Positions 39,390-51,691 of a stretch of 64,000 nt of DNA are shown one piece after another (within the stretch, counting starts at the first letter, position 1; each line of letters begins with the position of its first letter). Both the position numbers and the translations under genes were made by a program. The notes under the pieces are model-generated. The model was not told the DNA's origin and made no database searches. It saw nothing but the letters and a program-made list of their open reading frames with translations. The stretch comes from Balamuthia mandrillaris (taxonomy: Eukaryota): NCBI GenBank assembly GCA_031835245.2, contig JAVKOQ020000076.1:124001-188000 (forward strand), given 5' to 3'.

Positions 39390-41157
39390 ATGGAGAACAT
39401 GTTACGGCTGTTGTGGTACTCCCTTTTGGCCATCTTCAAGGTGATCGCTATCTCAGGGGCGGGCGCTGCTCTGGCTCACTATGGCATTCTCCCTCCTGAG
39501 GCTCGTCAACACCTCAGCAAAGTACCGCTTTTCCTCTTTCTCTCTCCTTGTTTATTTTTTTTTTGTCATTGTCGTTTCGCTCACTCCATTTGTGGTGAAC
39601 AGATTTCCTACTACCTTCTTTCCCCGGCTTTGCTCTTCTCGTCGTTGAGTGGGAGCATCAACGTGGAGGCCATGTTTCGTTGGTGGCCTCTCCTGCTCTT
39701 TCCCTTTCTCTACTCCCTCCTGGGCTTCTTGCTAGCGCACCTCCTCATCCGTCTCTTCTTCATCTATTCCTCCGCCACTGCCGGAGGGGCTGCCTCCTCC
39801 TCCTATTTCTCGCTCTCCGCTCTGCTGCGACGGGTAAGGCTTCACCTCAACAGGCGAAAGAGAAGAACGCGGGAGAAGCGGAAAAGAAGGTCGACGGACG
39901 AAGAGAAGAGGGACGCGCTGCCCTTGTTATCTTCCTCCAAAACGGAAGCCGTGGAAGAAAGAGCGAGAGAAAGAGACAGAGAGAGAGGTGGAGGAGGGGT
40001 GGAAGCGGTGGATGACTTGCTTACTTTGGAGGATGAGGAAGAGGAGGAGGCAGAGGAGGAGAAAGAGGACTATGGAGAACGAGAAGCAAAGTTTAATGAC
40101 GCGTTAAAGAGATGTATAATTGCAGGGGTGACGTTAGCGAATGCTGGTAACCTGCCGCTAACCCTCATCATCTCCATCACCCATGACCTCGCTCCCTTCA
40201 ATGAGGATGAGGAAGCTACCTCAAGAGGTTAGTTTGTGATTGTGGTCAATGTTCTTCTCTTTTATTCACCATCTTCCGCTTCTGCTTCGTTTTGCTCCGC
40301 ACTCATTCTTTTGGCAAAAAGGAATATCATATGTATCGCTATACATGACATGCATGTCGTTGTTAGTGTGGACAGTAGGGTTGAACTATATTGGACGAGG
40401 CCCTCAACTCTTCAACAAGGAGGACAAGACGAAACAAAGTAATGCCGACCTTGAAGGAATGTTAACAAAACAAGAAAGTGGAGAAAGGACCGACAGAAAG
40501 GAGAAAGGAGAAGAAATAGCAGCACATACTACAAAAAGAGAAGAGACGCAACCGTCATCAATGTCTACATCCGCCACATTGTCTTCATCGAGGATGGATA
40601 CAAGCGAAGCAGCCAAACCGTTTTGGAAAAGGCTGTTCTACCAAGCTAAAGAGGTTCGCTCATTCCTTTTCTTATGTCTTCATTTACCTTTCCTCTTTTT
40701 ATTCTCACTCCAAAAAACTATTAACAGGGACTTAGCCCAATAACAATTTCTCTACTTTCAGCTCTGTTTGTGGGTCTCATACCTCCCATTCGGAACCTGT
40801 TCCACGGCACGAGTGCTCCGTTGAAGTTCGTGATGGAGATCTTTGACTTTTTGGGACTGCCTAGTGTGCCCATTGTGATGTTGGTGCTAGGCGCAAGTCT
40901 CGCCAAAGGACCACGCACCTCTTTTGTTGGTCCGTCTTCTGATTCTTTCGTTCTCTTCACCCCTCGTTCTGTTTTTCTATCATTCTCACATTATTATCCT
41001 CTCTCTCTCTCTCTGTCATCTTTATTCTCATTGTTGTTGGATAATACCGAGCAGGAATACGGCCGATAGCGGCGGTAGTCATTGGCAAGCTTTTACTCAT
41101 GCCGCTCCTCGGTATCTCGATTACACTTGCAGTGAGGTTGTTCTCTCTCTTCTCTCG

Positions 41158-41206
<49 letters not shown>

Positions 41207-41530
41207 TCTTCATTTCTTGCAAGCTGATTCAAAACCCAAAATAAGACATATGGGCTTGTTGCCAGAAGATCCGTTGTTTGCTTTCGTGTTGATGATACAG
41301 TCTGCAACTCCAAGCGCCACCGTATTGGTATTGCTCACTCCCTTCTCTCTCTCTTTGGCTTTTGTTTTCTGAATGTGTATATAACCCCAACTTTGTTTTC
41401 AAAGGTGGTTATCTCAGAGATCCATCAATGGGGAAACGACATCACGCCAACACTCCAATTCTGGCAATACGTGGTTGCCGTCTTCACGCTCACCTTTGTG
41501 ACTGCTTTTTCCCTCTATGTTCTTCTCTGA
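39390..41530 (+). CDS. AEC/PILS-family (Mem_trans) membrane transporter, multi-exon
   Basis: N-terminal TMs with PALLFS, ANAGNLPL, GISYVSLY, hydrophilic loop, GLIPPIR.LF, VPIVMLVLG.SL, MIQSATPSA, C-terminal FWQY. Confidence 0.85.
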
Positions 41531-41544
41531 GATACGAGCCAATA

Positions 41545-44500
41545 TTACTTTTTCTGTCTTTCTTCATCATTGTCGTCGTCGTCTTCTTCTTTCTTATCAT
41601 CGTTATCATCATCTTCTTCGTAGTCGTCATCAGCTTCTTTAGGTTCCTCCTTACTTTCTTTTTCTTCTTCCATGTAATCAAGGTAGGTTGCTTCTCCTTT
41701 TGCTGCTTCTTTGCGTTCATTCTCCTGTTCTCTTTTCCGCTTTATCGCTTCAGCCTCGCGCCAATTAACTGGTGGCATTCGTCGGAGTTTGATTTGGTGG
41801 TTCACGCGGCGAAACTGGAGCAGACGTCTGTAAAGATGCGGATGGAGGCGGACATTGTAATAGATGAGAGTATCCGCTACATCTTGCACATGTTCCATTC
41901 GATTCGTTTCCAACATTGTTTCGAGCAGTCGGTGAATCTTGGTTCGTATCAACCGAGCATGAAAGTTCTTCGTGAAGAAGGGAACGCAATTTAGGAAATA
42001 AGACAAAAGAAAGCAAAAGAGAACAAGAAGAAAGAAGAAAACAGTAGATAGCGGAAAGCAGAAAAGGGAGAAAGAACAGATAACAAACCGGAATCCGAAG
42101 CCTAAAAAGCTCAAGAAGCTGCACAGCGCGAGGAATGTTTCTGCGAAAGATGAACTTTTCCATGACGATGCCAAGTGGCCTATGCACGTCGATTGAGCTC
42201 CATCGGGCCACCTCTTCCAATACTTTGTCCACTTCTTCCAGGGATTCATTTCCTGCACATGAGATTCTCTTTGAGCAAATGAAATAGAAAAAGAACAGAA
42301 CAAGTAGAGTGCTACCGAAATAAAAAAGCTTACTTACCCGAGAAAGTACCAAAGATGGCATCAAAAATGTTGGTGGAGGGATAGATAGGAGGGTTGTCAG
42401 TGAGCATCAGGCGATAAAGTTGCCACGCTTTCTTCGTGTCCTGGCTAGCATGTATCAGTTGAACAAAAGTTTCGCTATTTGGCTTAAGCTCGTGTTCTTC
42501 GAGCACTGTGTATAATTCCACTGCTTTATCGTGCGCTCCTGGTGCTCAAAGTTAACAGAAACCAAAGGGACAAGCATAGAAAAGGAGGAGAAGGAGGGAG
42601 GAGGAAGAAAGCGTACCACATTCGTTACACACTTGTAATAGAGCATTTATGACTCTCACCCCGAAAACGTCTCTTTTTCTTAAAAACTCCAGCACTTTGA
42701 AGGCCTGTACTACTTTTCCTTGCCGCCCTAGCCCAATTATTACATTCACAAAAAAGTTATACTCTAGTTCAATGTTGGCTTCGCTTAACTGTTCAAATAT
42801 CGGAAGGAGCTGATCAATGGTGAATGAGCTCAACAATAACTCTATGAAACTTCAGATCAGAAGGAGAAAAGTGAGAAAACAGAACGGAAAAAGCCATGTG
42901 GGGATAAAGAGATACAAAAAGAAAGGGAAATAAGAAAAAGAAAGAGAAAGAGCTCACTTTGAAAGCAGCGAATGAGGAACGTAGGCGGTGGAAGCATGAA
43001 TGTCTTGATAAATCTGCCAAGCCGATATAACATTCTTATCCTTGATACATTGGGCAAAGGCAAAGTGGAGAAATGTTGAGCTGGGCTTCGTTTTGTTTTC
43101 CAGCAGGCGATCTAAGAGGTGTATCGCTTGTTCACTTTTACTTTTCTCCTGCAAAAAAATTCATTATTGTCGAAGAAGAAGATTGAAAAAAAAGCAAGAA
43201 GGAAAGAAGAAAAGAAACCACAAGACCCAAACAGAAGATACAACAAACTAACCGGCAATACAGCGTCTGCGACAAAAGCCCAAATTCTACGACCCCTCCT
43301 GCCAATAGATTGTTCGGCCAAGGAGATGGTATCATGTGCACCCTTCACGTCTCCTTTGCTCAAGAACGAGGTTTGAATGAACGGCGCAAGCCAAAGAGAA
43401 GAGACAAAATTTCGCGGATACTTCTTTCCTAATCGTTGAAACTGCTCGAGAGCTTCTGACAACGAGGGAGCTGAAGAGATGAGAATCGAGCAACATTCTT
43501 TGTCGACCACATTGCTGGAAGATGATTCCATCTGAGTGAAGCATTGTACCATTCCTGTATAGTCCTTTATTTTTGTATTAATATATAGAGAAGAAATAGG
43601 GGAGGAGAGGAGAGGGAGAGGAGAGGGAGAGGAGAGGAGAGGAGAGGGAGGGAGAGGGAGAGAGAGGAGAGGGAGAGGAGAGGGAGAGGGAGAGGAGAGG
43701 AGAGGGAGAGGGAGAGAGGAGAGGGAGAGAGAGAGGGAGAGGAGAAGGAGAGGAGAGGGAGAGGAGAGAGAGAGAGGAGAGGAGAGGAGAGGGAGAGGGA
43801 GAGAGAGGGAGAGAGGGGAGAGGAGAGGAGAGGAGAGAGAGAGGAGAGGAGAGGAGAGAGGGAGAGGAGAGAGGAGAGAGAGGAGAGCGAGAGGAGAGCG
43901 AGAGGAGAGCGAGAGGAGAGCGAGAGGAGAGCGAGAGAGAGGAGAGGAGAGGAGAGGGAGAGAGAGGAGAGGGAGAGAGAGAGGAGAGAGCGAGAGGGAG
44001 AGGAGAGAGAGAGGAGAGGAGAGGAGAGGGAGAGGAGAGAGGAGAGGGAGAGGAGAGGGAGAGGAGAGGAGAGAGAGCGAGAGAGGAGAGCGAGAGGAGA
44101 GCGAGAGGAGAGGAGAGCGAGAGGAGAGCGAGAGGAGAGCGAGAGGAGAGCGAGAGCGAGAGTGAAGTGGAATACAAGTACAAGAGAAACGGAAGAAAGA
44201 GAGAGCAGTGAAGCAGCGAAAGAGAGAAGCGAAGGAGAGGAGAAAATTGAGAGGAAGAGAAGAGAACGAGAGGCGACCAAACGAAACAACAAGTGGAGAA
44301 ACAAAAAAAAAACAAAGCGAACCTTCGCCTCCCTGAACAGCCTCAAAAGGGACTTCCACACAAAGGTGGTGAACGGCACGTTATCCCTCTGCATCCGCTC
44401 AAAGATGAGCAGGTACTGCTGTCGCTTGGCGTCGTCGCTCAGCAGCGCCGCTGTGTCTCGGCCCTGGTAGGCCCTCAAAAGGCGGGTGTACATGTGCGGC

Positions 44501-44976
44501 GTGGGCGTCACGTTCTCCCTTTGCATCTCCTCAAAGACGAGCTCCATTTTGTGCGGGTCTTTGTCGCAGCAGGCAAGAGCGGACTCGAAGCGGAACATTG
44601 CAGCTTTGAGGGCTTCGTCTTCTTCCTGTTCTTCTCCTTGTGCTTCCTCCCTCCCTCGCTCTTCTTCCGCTTCCTCCTCGTCCTCCTCCTCTTCTTTGGT
44701 GTAAAGAGGTTGCTGCTGTTGAGTCGCGGAAGAACAGGTGAACAGAGCTCGATGAAATGGGAATGGGGCAAAGCTATGCGTTGTGGAGAGATGATTGTTG
44801 CTCACAGCAGCAGAAGATGATGTGGAGAAAAGAAAATGAGAGCGCGGCCTTCGCAGGAGTGAACAGAAAAACGCATGAGGGATCCTCGCTTGCCGCGGCG
44901 GTGCCGCGCCTGAACCAAGAGGGAGCAACGACGAGGTTCCGAGGTGACGAACCCCTCCGATGGCACAGAACCTCAT
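41545..44976 (-). CDS. Organelle-targeted pentatricopeptide-repeat-like protein, multi-exon
   Basis: Transit-peptide-like N-terminus; ~35-aa helical units (VFEEMQRENVTPTPHMYTRLL, IFERMQRDNVPFTTFVWKSLL, LEEHELKPNSETFVQLIHA, MLTDNPPIYPSTNIFDAIF). Confidence 0.75.
43598..44162. repeat. (GGAGA/GA)-type homopurine tract in a PPR-gene intron
   Basis: ~560 nt almost exclusively G/A on the plus strand. Confidence 0.9.
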
Positions 44977-45240
44977 CTCTCTTTCTTTTCTTTTCTTTCT
45001 TTTTTTTGTTTGCAGATCATATATTATGATCTACACGTCATATTTTCCTTTTCCATGAAATACTGACGTAACTCAAATGTCCCGAGACGACGCGATCTCA
45101 CCAGATTGTCGACAATGAATATTGTTAACCAAAAATCGTTAGCAAAAAAAACTTTTCAACTATTTTAACTATTTTTCACTATTTTAACTGTTTTTCAACT
45201 ATTTTAAAAATAGTTTTAACAGTTTTAAAGAAAAAAATCG

Positions 45241-46745
45241 CTACGAAAGGAGGTCGTGATGGAAGCTCTCCTGCAGGTCAATCAATCCCTTCAAAAAGGA
45301 GAGCCGCGAGAGAATCCGCTGACAAGCCAGGGCGGGGTCGTGCTGCAACACGTGCACCCCATCCCCGCTTCGCACGGCCACCTCCATCATGCCATCCCTC
45401 GTCAGGTCGGCGCAGTCCAAGCCGTAAATCGCATTCGAGAAGCTTCTCTTCCACATCAACGCGTACTTGCTGCCTCCCCTTTCTTCTTCGCTCGCCTCGT
45501 TTCCAGTGCAGTGAAACCGATAGACCAGAAGCTCTTGGCCGTAGGTGCCGAGAAGAAGGAGGGGCGAGGAAGAGAAGGGGTTGTTCCAATCGAGGACGGC
45601 AACTTGGGAGCAGAGCACGCTGTCGTGATCGCCGGAGAGGGGAAGCACGCTGATGGTTTCGGAGTAGAGGCCGTTGAGGGCGACGTGGTGATAGACCATG
45701 GAAGGGCCGATGGCGGAGGTCACGAGGAGGTGCACTTGCGTGTATTCGGGAGGAGGGGAAGAGTCATCGTCAATGTCTTCCTATTCAGTTGGAAAGAGGG
45801 ACAAGAATGAGGAATGAAAATATGGAAGGAGGAAAAGAAGAATAGGATGAGAAAAGAGAGAACATCTTATAGCAGCGAAAGAAAATGTTTAACGTACAAA
45901 AGAGAGAAACTGATTAACTCGTTGATGCAAAGACCGAAAGAACGGGTGGACGTGTGGAGCTTCAGCGTCTTTTTTGCTGGGATTAGGTGAAAGCACAAGT
46001 CCAACAGAAGAGGAGGCTTCATCTTCTTCCGTCACCGTTTTTCGATCATCCAAAGAAAAGAAGAGACGAACGCTGGTAATAGGCCCGTCCCACAAACGTT
46101 TGTAGTGGAATACTCGTTGCAGTGAAGAATTTTTTCGCTTTTCTTCTTCGCTTTCAGCACCACTGGCTGGTAATGTTGCATGCACAAATAGTTTGCCGTC
46201 TTGACACCCACCAGCCACTATTCTGCCCCATGTCCCTTGATAGATATCAAAACACATTACTCTAATTTATTTGTTGTTTTCAAGAAATGAATAAGGGAAG
46301 AAGACGAAAGAGATAATGAAAAGAAGAGGAGGACAGAGGAGAGAAGACAGAAAGAGAGGCACGTACGGTGAGCTTAACTCTTGATTGGCTAATTCGGGCA
46401 AGATATCTTGCGCTGGTTGTGAAACAAACATATCTGCCCCCTGCTCGTTTGTGTGTTTCTGCTGTAGTTGCTGTTAATGGTATTGCTTAAAGGAGCAAGA
46501 TATGGAAGTAGATATAAAACAGAAAGTAAATACATTTACAAAAGCATAGATTTCGTTATCGCTGCCGGACAACAGGAATGCATCTGTAGTCCCTTCTTCC
46601 TGCGGGGACGGTTGCTGTTGAGAAGATACGTTTGTGAAGGAGCCACGACGAGAATTACTTCCACTTGTTCGCAAAGGTTTTGGAGAACTTTTAAGAAAAA
46701 AACATAGTAGATTATTTAAGTCGAATGTCAACGATGAGAGAAGAA

Positions 46746-46802
<57 letters not shown>

Positions 46803-47291
46803 AGAGAGAGATGGATGTAAAGAGGTAATAAAGTTACGTGAGACGGACATGGGTGAGCACAAATGGAATGTAATCCAATGAAAAAGTCTGTTTTTGAATG
46901 TCTGTTCAACAAAAGTGAGAAAACGAAAGGAGGAAGCCAAAAAAAAAAAAAAGAAAGAATGGAAAAGCAAAAAAGAAAATGCATCATGAAGAAAAACAAC
47001 ACGGAAGCAGCATAAAGACAGAAACAATGATGAATGAGGACAACATAACAAAGAAAAAGCCAAACCATCAGAGGAAAGGAGATGACAAGGCTTCAAAGCA
47101 CATATGTGAATCGAGAGAAAAGGCATTTCGTCCTGAAGTATCGCCACGCCAAGTTGTAGCTGTCCTGTGGCAGCATCCACCATCACATCCAACGCCATTA
47201 TCGACACATTTCCCTGGGTTGAAGCTGACAAAGTAATGGTTAAGACGAGAAAAGCAAAGAGCAAAGAGCAAAGAGCAAAGAGCAACGAGCA

Positions 47292-47338
<47 letters not shown>

Positions 47339-47835
47339 GGAGAAGGAGAAGGAGAAGCAGAAGAAGATGCAACAAGAGAAGGAGAAGGAGAAAAGAGCAA
47401 AGAGCAAAAAAAGAGCAAAGAGAGAAAGAAACCAGCATGAAGCTGTCGTGCTAGTTGCAGAGGCAGAGCCGTTTTTGTCCACTGCACCTCCGCCACCAAC
47501 AACGCTGACGACGAGCTAGCAGCCGTATCATCAGCGACCTGTATGGCATGCACCTGCCCCTCCGAGGCCACGAACAGGACGTGCTGTCCCAAGTAATGGG
47601 CCGAGGAGAAGGAGTAGATGTTGGGCGCGCCCTCGAACGACACAAAGTGAGCCTCCTCCAGGCTGAGCCGCTGCTCCTCCGGGGTGTGGCGGAGGAGCAG
47701 CGAGGAGGCGTCCGTGGCGGCGACCAGAAGGGAGGGGTCGAACAGCTCCGGGACGGGGTCGGCGCTGGGCGTTTCCCCAGCGAGCAAGGGCGAGGTGAGG
47801 AGCTGCGAGGAGAAGCCCACGTTGCCGCTACTCAT
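45241..47835 (-). CDS. KPTN: Kaptin (KICSTOR subunit), multi-exon
   Basis: NIYSF, LSGSDNEIYAF, GCQDG, DGPITSVRLF, HLLVTSAI, DSVLC, LLGTYGQELLVY, W.RSFS..IYGL...DLT.DG..E..V....GVHVLQH. Confidence 0.85.
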
Positions 47836-47940
47836 TTTTTGTGCTGAGAACTTTTAGCTACTGAATGCAAATTTTTTTTGATTGGGGAATAATACGATGA
47901 AGCTATCAATGTCTTAGTTTTTTGGACTCAAGTAGTAACT

Positions 47941-48012
47941 TCCCCTGTGGTGTAGTCGGCAGCACTTCCGCCTGTCACGCGGACAACCCGGGTTCGATTC
48001 CCGGCGGGGGAG
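47941..48012 (+). tRNA. tRNA-Asp(GTC)
   Basis: Cloverleaf: acceptor TCCCCTG/CGGGGGA, anticodon arm TCCGC-CTGTCAC-GCGGA, T arm CCGGG-TTCGATT-CCCGG, G73, downstream T-run. Confidence 0.97.
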
Positions 48013-48237
48013 TTCTCTTTTTTATGGTTATTTTTGTTTTTTTTTTTAACGGAGTAAGTGAGCGAGACACAAGGAGAAGGCAAACGCCAAGCGACAATAA
48101 ACAACTATTGTGGTTCTTCCATAAGCTTCCCTCGCTTAATCCAGAAGAAACTCATGGTTGTTCGTTTTTTTTTTGGTCCGGTTGGGAACGAGTTTCAGAA
48201 CTTGGCTTTTGTTTGCATGCAAACGCGAAAACAGGTT

Positions 48238-49239
48238 TTACAGAAGAATGTTAAGACGAAGAGAAGAAGCGGCACTTCCATCGCCTTCGCTCTGGGATCC
48301 CGAATCTTGGCTTGAAGAATTGCTTCCATCTTCCTCCTCCTCCTCCTCCTCCTCGCTTTCTTCTCTTGCTTCTCCATCGCACGTCTCACCCCATTTGGCA
48401 TACAGGGTTGGGCCTGGAAAAATTTCTGGCGGACAATGGTCATCCATAAAGGACATTGCAAGACCAGTGCAGTTGGTGGAGCCAGAAAAGACGTGACCGA
48501 TTCCGTTGACGCAGTCCACAAGGACGCTGATCTCTTTGGCAGGGAGTGCCTTGCATTGGTTGTGGTTGAACCACCAATTGCCGAGGCACATGGATTCCGC
48601 CGACTCGGAGCACTCGCTCTGGAGTTTCAACGAGACGAAACAGACCTCATCTGTTTGAGATGGGGACCAGAGAGAAAAGGGTTGATGAGGCCATTGAACG
48701 TCGGAGAAGGAAGAATTAAGGAAAAAAAAAAAAGGAGAGAGCAAACAAGCAAAAAAGAGAAGGAAGAGAAGAGCGGTACCTTCTTCAGGTTCAGGGACAG
48801 GGTCACATTCTTCGCTCTCTTCCACAGGAACTGAGTTGCCCTCGCAGTCTTCGTTCCACGCTACCATATTGCTGATTTCTGCCACTCCATAGCAGAAGCC
48901 TGGCGTGCTCGCGATGGCTTGAGGGCCGGAACAGTCGCTGCTGTTAAAGGCATACGCAATTTGAGAGAGACAGTCCACAAACATGCTGCCCTGCCCGGGC
49001 ACCGAAATACACTCTCCTCCTGTGAGTGTGTAGTTTTTGCAGTCAACTACCATACCACCACAGCTTTCGCCCAGGTACACTTGAGAGGCAAAAGTGCAGG
49101 TACATCCTGGTTTTTTTTTGTTAAATAAAAACGCAGAGCATATTTTCATTTTTTTGAAAGTTTGTTTTTTACCGTGAGCAACCGCGACAAAGGAAACAAG
49201 CAAGAGGGCAAAGGAGAGGAGAGCTGTGGGGCGCTGCAT
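48238..49239 (-). CDS. Secreted/surface Cys-rich protein with two internal repeats
   Basis: Signal peptide MQRPTALLSFALLLVSFVAVAH; two related units (SMFVDCLSQIAYAFNSSDCSG / SVLVDCVNGIGHVFSGSTNCTG); acidic Ser-rich tail. Confidence 0.7.
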   Translation of the reverse strand: MQRPTALLSFALLLVSFVAVAHGKKQTFKKMKICSAFLFNKKKPGCTCTFASQVYLGESCGGMVVDCKNYTLTGGECISVPGQGSMFVDCLSQIAYAFNSSDCSGPQAIASTPGFCYGVAEISNMVAWNEDCEGNSVPVEESEECDPVPEPEEGTALLFLLFFACLLSPFFFFLNSSFSDVQWPHQPFSLWSPSQTDEVCFVSLKLQSECSESAESMCLGNWWFNHNQCKALPAKEISVLVDCVNGIGHVFSGSTNCTGLAMSFMDDHCPPEIFPGPTLYAKWGETCDGEAREESEEEEEEEEDGSNSSSQDSGSQSEGDGSAASSLRLNILL

Positions 49240-49787
49240 GCCGGAGATGTGTTGTTTTGTGTTGTTGGGTTATTCCTAACCGCTTTTGTCGTTTGTTCGC
49301 TCCGATGACCCCGAAAATGAAAGACCCAATTAAATTGGTTGACTTCTTGGAGTTATCCTGATTGGTTGGTAATATGCTTTCATCATTAAAATAACCACCA
49401 CTATAAACCAAAGTCGACCAGCAACCAAGCAGCAATTGATCTCACCACCATTGATCAACAAACGTGACACTTTGCCGTGCTGAGCACGTGCTTGGTTTTT
49501 GTTTATTGATAGTACCCTCAAACAAGCGGGACAGAGAGCGTGTTACTTAAAATGAAACTTATAGTGAAACGGTCCAATACCCTTGCCATCGACCGTTCCA
49601 AATAGTGCACCCCCGCAAGGCAGCCGCAAGCATTGATGGGCCATCCTCTGGGAACAAAGGAGTAGAGAGAGGCTGTGTCGTACTCCCGCGAGGCCAATGA
49701 AAAAAATGTTGATCTGATCTGTCCCAATTTCAAAGCACCAATCAAAAATCAAAACACAAAGTAGAAAAGAAAGTCGACACGCCTTGG

Positions 49788-51608
49788 ATGCTCTGCCCCA
49801 AGCGACGAGTGGCTCTCCGTCATGGCGCTTGGGCCAAGGTCGCTCCTCCTTGCTGCGCCTCCTCCCCTCTCACGCTTCAGCCTGTCCGCATGCCCCGTGT
49901 GAGCATACCCTCTTCCTCCTCCCACCTGCCGTTAACGGCAGCGAATCCGGTCCGCTGCTTTGCTTCCTCCACAACGACGGTGGAGGGAGTGACGCTGATG
50001 GGCGGGCTGGTCCTGCGCACCCCGGCCTTCTTGTACCGCCAACTGAAGCTCGGCGTGGCTCGTCGTTTGATGGAGGAGGAGCCGGTCCCCAAGGGGGCAA
50101 CCTACGTGGTGGAGGAGGACGCGCTGGTGGAGCGGTTGGAGCACCATGGCGGGAAGGAGAAGCAAATCTATTTGGTGGGTTGTTTTCACAAGTCCCCTGT
50201 TAGCCCTAAACGAGTTCATCTGGTACGTTTCTTGTCCTCTTGCTCTGCTCTCTTCTTCTCCTTCTCCTTCTTCTTGTTCTTCTTGTTGTTCTTGTTCTTC
50301 TTCTTGTTCTTCTTGTTCTTCTTGTTCTTCTTCTTGTTCTTCTTGTTCTTGTTCTTCTTCTTCTTCTTGTTCTTGTTCTTCTTGTTCTTCTTCTTCTTCT
50401 TCTTCTTCTTCTTGTTCTTCTTCTTCTTGTTCTTCTTGTTCTTCTTCTTCTTCTTGTTCTTCTTCTTCTTCTTCTTCTTCTTCTTCTTCTTCTTCTTCTT
50501 CTTCTTCTTCTTCTTCTTCTACTTTCTAACTTCACCTGCAAAAAACAAAGGTGCTTCAAAAACTTCGGCCAGATTCAATAATGGTTCAATCCATCTTTTT
50601 CCCTGCTCTCCTATTTTTCGTGCTCTCTGCTCTCTGCTCTCTTCTCTCTTCCCTCTTCTCTCTTCCCTCTTCTCTCTTCTCTCTCCTCTGTCTTTTGCTC
50701 TCTGCTCTCTGCTCTGCTCTCGTGCTCCGTTTTGACTGAACAAAAAAAGATTGAATCATGTGAAGAACGTTTTGAAGCGATTCGCTCCATCTCCTCCTCT
50801 TCTCTGGAGACTGCTCTGCTTTCTTCCACGTTTTTCCGACACGACCACCACAACGAGGCTCATCCTAGGAAGAGGAGCACAAAGGCACAAAAAGGAGCGG
50901 AACACATTGCCGCGTTGCTTCACTCTCGCCGGTTCAACGTGCCGCTCATTCTCGGCGACATCCCGTTGTCGGTCATCAAGGAGAGGAGCGAGAAGGAGAT
51001 GCAGGCATGGAGGAATCGGTGGAAGGCAAAAGGGTGGGGCTTTCTCCATGTTCTTCAACTACAGTATGAATATGTGCGTCGAAGCGTTGCTTTGTTGGAT
51101 GAGACGTTGGCGGAGAGGGGATTATCCTTGATGAGCTTGTTAGTGCAGAAGAGGTCAGCTAAATTGGAGCTTCCTTTGTGGACTCAACTGCGGAGACGAT
51201 GGCAACAAGAGAAGGTACATCATCACTTTAACGATATTTTCTTCTATCTCTTTCTCTGTCTATTTTATCATCGCCTAACTTGCAACATCTAAAGTTGGCG
51301 TTGGAAAAAGAGTTGGATTGGCAGCAAGCACCTGCTATTTTCGCTGATAGGGAGCGGTTTATGGTTCACCGCCTCAAACATGATTGTCCTGGCAAAATTG
51401 TTGTTGCTGTTATTGGTATTCTTCATTCTTGCTCCTCTGCTCTCTCATCTCCTCTCCTCTCTCGCTCTCTCTCATTGTTTTTTTTAAAAAAACAGGAACG
51501 GATCATTTAGAAGGCATTACTCGCTACTGGAATGAAGACCAAACGCCACAAAGACAACAGGAATCCTCTACCACAACCACCACAAGAAAAAGACACAAAG
51601 GGAAGTGA
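49788..51608 (+). CDS. TraB/TIKI-family (TRABD-like) protein with transit-peptide-like N-terminus, multi-exon
   Basis: IYLVG.FH.S, LRPDSIM.E.C..R, LILGDIP, DRERFM...L, VVAVIG..HLEGI. Confidence 0.75.
50258..50520 (+). repeat. (CTT/CTTGTT)n microsatellite in a TraB-gene intron
   Basis: Directly visible. Confidence 0.9.
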
Positions 51609-51691
51609 AAAAATACAAATAGGTTTCCATATTTTACACATTTTCTTTCTCAGTTCACCTTCTTTTTGTTTTGTCTCCTTATCTCTCGTTC

